Origin: Actinomycetota bacterium
Lineage (GTDB): Bacteria > Actinomycetota > Acidimicrobiia > IMCC26256 > VFJJ01
Direction: 5' to 3'
NCBI GenBank assembly: GCA_009886115.1
Contig: VFJJ01000001.1
Span: 1 to 64,000, forward strand
Length of the DNA: 64,000 nucleotides
The position numbers and the translations under genes are program-made. Under the pieces are notes generated by a model. That model made no database searches and was not told the origin of the DNA. It saw only the letters and a program-made list of their open reading frames with translations. Below, one piece after another: positions 57,074 through 64,000 of this stretch (its first letter is position 1; each line of letters starts with the position of its first letter).

Positions 57074-57159
57074 GTGGGGCCCGGATTGGGCTAGGAGGAC
57101 GTCGTCGGAGATCGAGTGAGAAGGCGTCGCGGCCGCGGCGCACGTCGACGAGGACGAGC

Positions 57160-58073
57160 ATGACTGAGCAGACTGTGCAGGCCGGGCAGATCGGGAACTG
57201 GGGCCGTTGGGGCGCCGACGACGAGCGGGGGGCGCTCAACTTGCTGACGCCCGAAGTCGTGCTCTGGGCAACGCAGTTGTGCCGAACCGGCGCCGTGTAC
57301 TCCCTGGGGCTGCCCGTCCAATCAATCGGCGTGCCGCTGGTTCCGTACCGCGGGACGCCGATGCGCCTGATGTCGTCAACCACACCGACGATGTGATGTT
57401 CAGGGAGGCCTTCGGTGCGGCCGACGTGGGAGCCAACGAGGACGTGCTCGTGTTGGCGTCGCACAACGAGACGCACATGGACGCGCTCTGTCACGTGCAC
57501 CACTCCAACACGCTCTACAACGGTTTTCCGTCCGACTCGGTGCAGACCCGGGCCGGGGCCACGCACTGCGGGATCGACAAGACACCGTGGATCGTCGCCC
57601 GGGCGGTCATGCTCGACCTCTGCCGCGCCCGGGGCGTCGACACGATCCCGGCCGGGCAGGTGATCACGGCCGACGAGCTACGCGCCTGCGCCGAGGCTCA
57701 GGACACGGTTCCCCGTCCGGCCGATGTCGTGCTGTTCCGTACCGGGTGGCTCGAGGCGTTCATGGCCGATCCCACGGGCCTCGAGATGGCATCGCAACCC
57801 GGCATCGGCATGGACGCGGCCCGGCTCATGAGCGAGTGGGACGTGGCCGCGGTGGGCGCCGACAACAGCGCGATCGAAGCCATCCCCTTTGACGGCAACG
57901 AGTTCCTGTGCGTGCACGTCGAGCTGTTGGTTCACCGCGGGATTCCCTTGCTCGAGTATCTGGTCCTCGCCGACATGGCCCGTGACGGTGTCCACGAGGC
58001 GCTCCTCGTGGTCGCGCCACTTCCCACCACTGGAGGCACGGGGAGCCCGATCAACCCGATCGCCATCGCATGA
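57160..58073 (+). pseudogene. Cyclase (kynurenine formamidase-like) family protein with a single-base frameshift near 57370
   Basis: NWGRWGADDERGALNLL in one frame; HNETHMDALCH, RTGW, GADN and GSPINPIA in the next. May be a sequencing error. Confidence 0.8.
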
Positions 58074-58100
58074 GTCTCATTGCCTGAAAGCTCGCTGCGG

Positions 58101-58886
58101 TCAGCCCATGTGGCTCTGGAGGAACGCGAGTGCGTCGGCCCATGAGGCCACGTCGGCATCATGGTGGCGCAAGGGAGGCACGGGCGCGCTGAATGCGTGG
58201 CCCGCGCCGGGGTAGACGTTGATCTGGTGCTCGACGTGCCACTGCTCGAACCTGTGGCGGATGTCGTCGAGGAGCTCCGGCGGCCCGATGGGGTCCTCGT
58301 CGCCGTAGATGACCAGCGTCGGACAGGCGATGTTCCACAGGAGATCGATGGGCTGCACGGGCCGCTTCGCGGTGAGCTCGGTGAACGTGGGTTGGCTCGG
58401 GAAGAAGAGAACGGCAGCCGCCAGCCGCCGGTCGAGGCAGGCGGCGAGGAGGGCGAGCGTGCCGCCCGTGCAGTAGCCCCATACAGCGATGCGATCGGTG
58501 TCGACCTCCGGCATCGATCGGGCGTGCTCGATGCCGGCGAGGATGTCGTGGGTCGCGCCGACGAAGTCGAGATCGTCGATGACCTGCATGACCTCGGTGA
58601 AGTCCGTGTAGCTCTCGGGGTCGTTCAGCCCGTGCCCCCGGTAGTAGTCGGGGAGGACGACGATGTAGCCGGCTGTGGCGAGATCGGACGCAATCTGCCG
58701 CATGAACTCGTTGACGCCAAAGGCCTCGGGCGACAGCACGACCGCCGGTCGCGTGCTGCTCCCCTCGGGGACGTAGACGAGCGTCGGCACCGTGGCCCCG
58801 TCGTGCTCGAGAATGATCTCTCTCGTCGGCTCCACAGGGGGCTCCCATCGTTGGTGATGTGGTATCGGCGTTGGCTCGGTCGCCAC
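58101..58886 (-). CDS. Dienelactone hydrolase family protein
   Basis: EAFGVN, GYCTGG, YPGAGHAF. Confidence 0.93.
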   Translation of the reverse strand: MATEPTPIPHHQRWEPPVEPTREIILEHDGATVPTLVYVPEGSSTRPAVVLSPEAFGVNEFMRQIASDLATAGYIVVLPDYYRGHGLNDPESYTDFTEVMQVIDDLDFVGATHDILAGIEHARSMPEVDTDRIAVWGYCTGGTLALLAACLDRRLAAAVLFFPSQPTFTELTAKRPVQPIDLLWNIACPTLVIYGDEDPIGPPELLDDIRHRFEQWHVEHQINVYPGAGHAFSAPVPPLRHHDADVASWADALAFLQSHMG

Positions 58887-58989
58887 CTTGGCACGGGACC
58901 CTCCGGCCCGGCCAGTGCTGCGCCCGCGCTGTGCTCCAGCCGGGTCGTGGAGCCCCGAAGACGCTGGGGCCGTCGTGCGCTCATGCCTG

Positions 58990-59851
58990 TCACGCGCCGG
59001 CGCGGGCGGCTCCGACGCGCACCAGCACGGCCGTCAGGTGTGGCGTTCCGCTGATGGGCTGGAGATCGGCCGTGGGGCTCAGGAGACGGTTCGTGCTCGA
59101 GCCGGTATCGGGAGGATCGCCGTCAGCGCCCGGACCGCCGAAACCGTGCTACATCGACACCACGCCGATGCGAAGTGTCGCGTCGGCATGCACGACGGCG
59201 TCGATCGAACCGTGGTCACTCGTGAGCGATACAGCAGCACCGTGGGCCAAACCGAGCCGGCCCATATCATCGGGGTGCATGCGGCACGGGTTCGGCGGTC
59301 GCGCACCAACGAGGCGAGTTGCGTTCCCGTGCTGTTCAAGACCTCCTTGGCTCGGCGAACGATGAGTCGGAAGCTCCGGTCGTCGGAGTCGTCGATGACG
59401 CCGGGCGGAGCGGGCAGGATGGCCGGGGTGTACTGGGCGAAGGGTCGGTCCATCAGGCCTTCGTACGAGCGCGTCGAGTCGGGGCGCTCGAGGTGCACGA
59501 CCGGCGCGATCACGTAGTCGGCCAACCGAGCGGGCGTTTTTCCTCGAGGAGCCGTCGCATGCCGTCGTGGATCGGGAACCCGGTGAAATAGCCGCCTTGC
59601 ATGCTGACGAGCGTCGATCCCCACATCCCCACATCCTCATGTGCCCCGAGGGAAACGCGACGTTGGGACGAAAGCAGCCGTGCTGGGTCGGTGACGAAAT
59701 CGGCCAGATACCGGCCCTTGACGCACGTGAACCCCCGGGTGAGCCGATGGTCCTGGTCGCCACTGATCTTGACGACCCGACCATCGTCAAGATCGAGCAC
59801 CAGACCGCAAGCTGCCGGGAAGATACGGCAGTAGGTCGTGGCCTTCGTCAT
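58990..59851 (-). pseudogene. Molybdopterin oxidoreductase relic
   Basis: YCRIFPAACG...GFTCVKG; ADYVIAP..HLERPD; MHPDD...GVVSM*HGFG. Several deletions, frameshifts and an in-frame TAG at 59149-59151; about 860 bp of a gene normally over 2 kb. Confidence 0.85.
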
Positions 59852-59928
59852 CGATGCTCTCCCTCGGTCGGGAACAGGTGCGTAGGGTATGTGGCGTCGC
59901 CGGCCCGGCGAGCGGACGAGGGGGAGCG

Positions 59929-60999
59929 ATGCGCGAGCCGATCGAGATCGAGGTCGATGTCACCGAGGCCGCGGGACTGGGCATCCCCGCCCACACCGCC
60001 GTCACGGTGTTCGTCCCCGAGGCGGGTGCACTCGCCGATCCTCCCGTCGTGTGCTTCGCCTTTCCCGGCGGGGGCTACTGCCGGCGCTACTTCTCTTTTG
60101 ACATGCCCGGCAGCTCTGGAGGTGGTCAGGCCGGCTGGCACGTCGACCGGGGCTGGATCATCGTGGCCTGCGACCACCTGGGCTTCGGCGACTCGACCGT
60201 TCCCGACGGCAATGCGCTGAACTACGACAACGTGGCGTTGGGAAATCGGGCCACCGTCGAAGCCGTGATGGCCAAGCTCGAGAGCGGGACCCTGATCGAC
60301 GGGTACCCGGCGGTGCTTGGCGCCACGAAGCTCGGCATCGGCCAGTCGATGGGGGGCTGTTTCACGATCGTGCTCCAGGGCCACCACGGGACCTTCGATG
60401 GCATCGCGTCGCTGGGTTACAGCGGGATCCACACCGTCGTGCCCACGCGGCCTGGCGCACCGCCAGCGGCGTGGCCCTGGGTCTTCCGTGGCAGCGACCT
60501 CGACAACCCCAAGATCATGAACCAGCAGGCGATCGGCGCCGCCGCGGGCCCGGCGCTCGCCGGTCCCGAGTCGCTCAGCGACGCAGCTTCTGCAGGCGAG
60601 CACCCCTTCGCCTGGTCGTTCCACTACGACGATGTACCCGCCGACATCGTCGCAGCCGACATGGCGGCCAGCTCCGGTGCCGCCGACGGGCCGCTCCCAC
60701 GATGGCGATCGGCGGCGATTCCGCCATGCGGCATCTACATGGTGGCCCCGGGGACCGTCGCCACCGAGGCGGCGTCGATCACCGTCCCCGTGCTCATCGC
60801 CACCGGCGAGCGCGATGTCGTGCCCAACCCGTGGATGGAGCCGACGGCCTTCAAGAGCGCCACCGACATCACGGTGTTCGTGTGCGCCCGCATGGGGCAC
60901 ATGCACAACTTCGCCGGCACCAGGCACCAGTTCTGGGAGCGCATCCACACCTGGGGCACGGCGGTGGCGAGCATGCGTGCACTCCGGCGAGGAGCATGA
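59929..60999 (+). CDS. Alpha/beta fold hydrolase
   Basis: FPGGGY, DHLGFGDS, GQSMGG, GERD, HMHNF. Confidence 0.88.
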   Translation: MREPIEIEVDVTEAAGLGIPAHTAVTVFVPEAGALADPPVVCFAFPGGGYCRRYFSFDMPGSSGGGQAGWHVDRGWIIVACDHLGFGDSTVPDGNALNYDNVALGNRATVEAVMAKLESGTLIDGYPAVLGATKLGIGQSMGGCFTIVLQGHHGTFDGIASLGYSGIHTVVPTRPGAPPAAWPWVFRGSDLDNPKIMNQQAIGAAAGPALAGPESLSDAASAGEHPFAWSFHYDDVPADIVAADMAASSGAADGPLPRWRSAAIPPCGIYMVAPGTVATEAASITVPVLIATGERDVVPNPWMEPTAFKSATDITVFVCARMGHMHNFAGTRHQFWERIHTWGTAVASMRALRRGA

Positions 61000-61000
61000 C

Positions 61001-62197
61001 ATGAGCGTCGTGGAACGCAGTCAGCCCCTCGACGTGAGCAACGTCGACTTCGGGATCGACGATCTCGTCGATCTGCCCGACCTGGTCGCCAGGATGCGGG
61101 CCGCCGAGCCGGCGTCGTGGGTGAAGTTCATCGGCGAACGGGCGTTGCACCTCAACACCTACGAGTTGGTGAGCGCCGGCTTTCGCGAGGAAGGGTCGAT
61201 CCCCGGGCACATCTTCTACCAGGAGACCCAGCAGCCGGTGATGGGCCCGACGGTGCAGAGCCTCTTCGGTGAGCCGCACCGTCTGGCCCGGGCGCTCCAG
61301 GCCCCGTTCTTCAGGCAGCGTCTGATGCCCGGCTACGTCGAACCGATCTTCGCCCCGGTGGCCAACGAGCTGATCGACGAGTTCGTCGCCCGCGGCCAGG
61401 CCGATCTGGTGCAGGAGTTCACCAAGCAGTACCCGATGCGGGTGATCATGCGGCTCCTTGAGCTGCCGCGATCGTCCGATGTCGATTGGGCCCAACTGGC
61501 GTGGGACATGATCCAGGCCGCCTACGACCTCGATCAGGCGGTCAGGGCCATCGCCGAGTTTGACCTGCACGTCGGCCCGATCATCGAGGAGCGCCGCCGA
61601 CACCCCGGAACTGATCTCATCTCGGCGCTGGTCACGGCCGAGGTCGAGGGGCAACGAATGAGCGACGACGACGTGTTCTCCTTCGTGCGCTTGATGTTCC
61701 CGGCGGGCTCCGATACCACGCTCCTCGGGCTGGGGAACATCCTGGGGGCGCTGTTGACCCATCCCGATGCCATGGCGCGCACCCTGTCCGACCCCGCGAC
61801 CGAGTCGCGCTGGGCGATCGAGGAGGGGCTGCGTTGGCAGCCGTCGGTGGCGCACCTCCCACGGCGGACCGGTCCCGACGACATCGAGTGGCGCGGGCTG
61901 TCGATCCCGGGCGGCACAGCGGTCCTCTTGAGCGTGATGGGGGCCAATCGCGATCCGGCGATGTTCGCAGACCCCGACCGCTTCGACATCTCTCGTCGTC
62001 CGCAAGCGACGATGACCTTCGGCCTGGCCGCTCACCACTGCCTCGGGATCCACTTCGCCCGGGCCGAGATGGACCTGGCCCTGCGTACCCTCCTCGACCG
62101 GTTGCCCAACCTCCGCCTCGCCGACGGCCCCGAGTCGGCCCAGGTGCACGGTGCGCTTCTGCGGGGCCCCGAACGTCTCTCAGTCACATTCGGTTGA
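61001..62197 (+). CDS. Cytochrome P450
   Basis: PAGSDTT, EGLR, FGLAAHHCLG. Confidence 0.94.
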   Translation: MSVVERSQPLDVSNVDFGIDDLVDLPDLVARMRAAEPASWVKFIGERALHLNTYELVSAGFREEGSIPGHIFYQETQQPVMGPTVQSLFGEPHRLARALQAPFFRQRLMPGYVEPIFAPVANELIDEFVARGQADLVQEFTKQYPMRVIMRLLELPRSSDVDWAQLAWDMIQAAYDLDQAVRAIAEFDLHVGPIIEERRRHPGTDLISALVTAEVEGQRMSDDDVFSFVRLMFPAGSDTTLLGLGNILGALLTHPDAMARTLSDPATESRWAIEEGLRWQPSVAHLPRRTGPDDIEWRGLSIPGGTAVLLSVMGANRDPAMFADPDRFDISRRPQATMTFGLAAHHCLGIHFARAEMDLALRTLLDRLPNLRLADGPESAQVHGALLRGPERLSVTFG

Positions 62198-62234
62198 GCG
62201 ATCAGCAACCCGCCACGAGCTCTGGAGCCCTGTG

Positions 62235-63062
62235 ATGACAAGCGATCCCTATCTCGAGATGGCCGGGCACCAGCCAAACGCGATCGGCATCGGGGGCGCG
62301 CTGATCACCATGGTCGAGCCCGACGTCGGGTTCGAGCACGCCTACAACCGGTGGTACGAGGACGACCACTTCTACTCGGGCGCCACGGTAGGCCCGTGGA
62401 TGTTCGCGGCCCGGCGATGGGTGGCGACGCGCGATCTCCAGCAGCTCCGGTTTCCCGCCGACTCACCGATCGCTCAGCCGGTCACCACCGGGTGCTACAT
62501 CTCGACCTACTGGATGCTCGAAGGTCATTTCGACGACGCCGTCCGCTGGGGCACGGTTGCCATGCGCGATCACCTGTACCCCCAAGGCCGAGGCTTCGAC
62601 CACCGCCAGCACGTGTACACGGCGTTCTCCACCTACGACTTCGGCGTGGTCCGTTCAGACCTGCCCTACTTCCTCCCGCACCACACGCTCGACCATCCCT
62701 TCCAGGGCATGGTTGTCGAGGTCGTCGAGCCGGCCGAAGGTGTGACGCGCGAAGAGCTGCTCAGGCGCCTGCGTGACGACATGATCCCGGGCGAGCTCGC
62801 CGACTCACCCGCGGCGGCCGCATTGGCGTTCCTGCCCCACGCCCAGCCCGACAGCGGCCCCGTGCCCCGGGTCGGCAGCGCTGCCGGCGCCGGTCGGAAC
62901 GTGACGCTGCTGTGGTTTCTCCAGGCCGACCCGCGCTCGTGCTGGTCGATGTTCCTCCGGCACGGCGACCGGGTGGAGGCCGCGGGCGGACGTCTGGTCT
63001 TCGCTGCTCCGTTCGTGCCGACCATCCCGGGCACCGACACCTACGTCGACGAGCTCCGGTAG
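62235..63062 (+). CDS. Hypothetical protein (EthD-like dimeric alpha/beta barrel)
   Basis: EHAYNRWYEDDH...ARRW pattern; operonic with the P450. Confidence 0.7.
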   Translation: MTSDPYLEMAGHQPNAIGIGGALITMVEPDVGFEHAYNRWYEDDHFYSGATVGPWMFAARRWVATRDLQQLRFPADSPIAQPVTTGCYISTYWMLEGHFDDAVRWGTVAMRDHLYPQGRGFDHRQHVYTAFSTYDFGVVRSDLPYFLPHHTLDHPFQGMVVEVVEPAEGVTREELLRRLRDDMIPGELADSPAAAALAFLPHAQPDSGPVPRVGSAAGAGRNVTLLWFLQADPRSCWSMFLRHGDRVEAAGGRLVFAAPFVPTIPGTDTYVDELR

Positions 63063-63166
63063 GGCGCTCGTTCGTCACGCCGGGCAACGGATCGGCTCCG
63101 GGCGACGATGCCGCGGTCATCAACGCCGGCGGCGACCCGGTCGCTGCACCTACCTGTGGAGTGGAC

Positions 63167-63560
63167 ATGACGACATCGGGACGGCGCGTGGCGATCGGCG
63201 TGCAGCCTCATGTCACAACCCGCACCATGGGTATCCTCGATGTTGCGAGGCACGTGGCCGACAGGGGATTGGCGTCGATCTTCCTATGCGAGCACACCCA
63301 TGTCCCCGTCGATTCGGCGCGCAGCGAGTCGCCGTTGGGGCGCTTCCCCGAGTGGATCAAGTACATGCTCGACCCCTACGTGGCCTTGTCGTTCGTCGCC
63401 GCGACGACCGAGCTGGAGGTGGGCACGGCCGTCGGGTTGCCAGCCCAGCACGACCCGATCGCGCTGGCCAAAGCCATTGCCACGCTCGACCATCTGAGTG
63501 GCGGACGGTTCGTGTTCGGGGTCGGCTGGGGGTGGTTGCGCGAGGAGTTCGAAGACCACG
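63167..63560 (+). pseudogene. LLM class F420-dependent oxidoreductase, N-terminal half only
   Basis: EHTHVP, LDPYVAL, HDPIALAK, SGGRFVFGVGWGW...EFEDHG, then similarity is lost (ORF reads on to 63787). Confidence 0.8.
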
Positions 63561-63694
63561 GCGGAAGCGGGCGAACCAGCTCGGACTCCGGCGTGTCCTC
63601 GTGCAGGTCAGGGAGGAGCGAATGGATCATCTGGAGGCCGTTCTCGATGAGGCTGCCGGAGCTCTCCAATGAAAGGGGCAGCGGTGGGAACATC

Positions 63695-63710
63695 TTGACA
63701 CTTGCGTCAG
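63695..63710. promoter_or_regulatory. Operator motif YTGAC-N6-GTCAR (copy 4) overlapping a TTGACA -35
   Basis: TTGACACTTGCGTCAG; TACGAC lies 18 bp downstream of TTGACA. Confidence 0.62.
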
Positions 63711-63802
63711 ATGCCTGGTACGACATGCCGGCTGCACACCCGTGGGCAATGGGACATCGAAAGCCCGTGACCCGAAACCTGACCTGAGAGGACCGCTCGC
63801 CG

Positions 63803-64000
63803 ATGGAGCTCGGAATCTTCATCCAGACCCCGGTGTTCAAGCACCACCGCGAAGGCAACCCGGGATACGAGCATCAGAAGCTCATGCAGGATCTGGAGGT
63901 TGCGATCGCGGCTGACAAGGCCGGGTTCAAGTACCTGCTGGCATCAGAGCACCATTTCCTCGACGAGTACTCGCACCTGTCGGCCAACGATGTCGTGCTC
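63803..64000 (+). CDS. LLM class flavin-dependent oxidoreductase (3'-partial)
   Basis: MELGIFIQ...AADKAGFKY...SEHHFLDEYSH; runs off the window. Confidence 0.88.
   Translation, partial: MELGIFIQTPVFKHHREGNPGYEHQKLMQDLEVAIAADKAGFKYLLASEHHFLDEYSHLSANDVVL

Noticed and set aside
59149..59151. Pyrrolysine or readthrough at the in-frame TAG
   Set aside because: The gene has several other lesions; a simple nonsense mutation is more parsimonious.

Overview
High-GC (about 70% by eye) actinobacterial chromosomal region; the gene repertoire, actinobacterial LexA box and leaderless promoters suggest an Acidimicrobiia-like organism (inference). It is a dense lipid/steroid/terpenoid-type catabolic neighbourhood: 5 cytochromes P450, about 10 SDR-fold enzymes, 4 luciferase-like (LLM, some F420-type) oxidoreductases, 3 amidohydrolases, a Baeyer-Villiger monooxygenase, a two-domain acyl-CoA dehydrogenase, a thiolase-like/DUF35 pair, 2 APH-like kinases, an arylsulfatase and several hydrolases. 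Interspersed are a PIN toxin-antitoxin pair, an ATPase-DUF234 gene and an SOS-boxed DUF222-HNH gene. The most striking system is a branched-chain-type ABC importer compressed into two fusion proteins, one of which joins a full MFS permease to the LivF-type ATPase. Other notable signals are two recurrent intergenic operator motifs (YTGAC-N6-GTCAR and GAGA-N7-TCTC) whose regulators are not in the window, two families of 47-bp dispersed palindromes, several intergenic tandem repeats and many deletion-eroded pseudogenes. I found no rRNA, tRNA or CRISPR array. All family assignments come from motifs recognised by eye; no database search was run.
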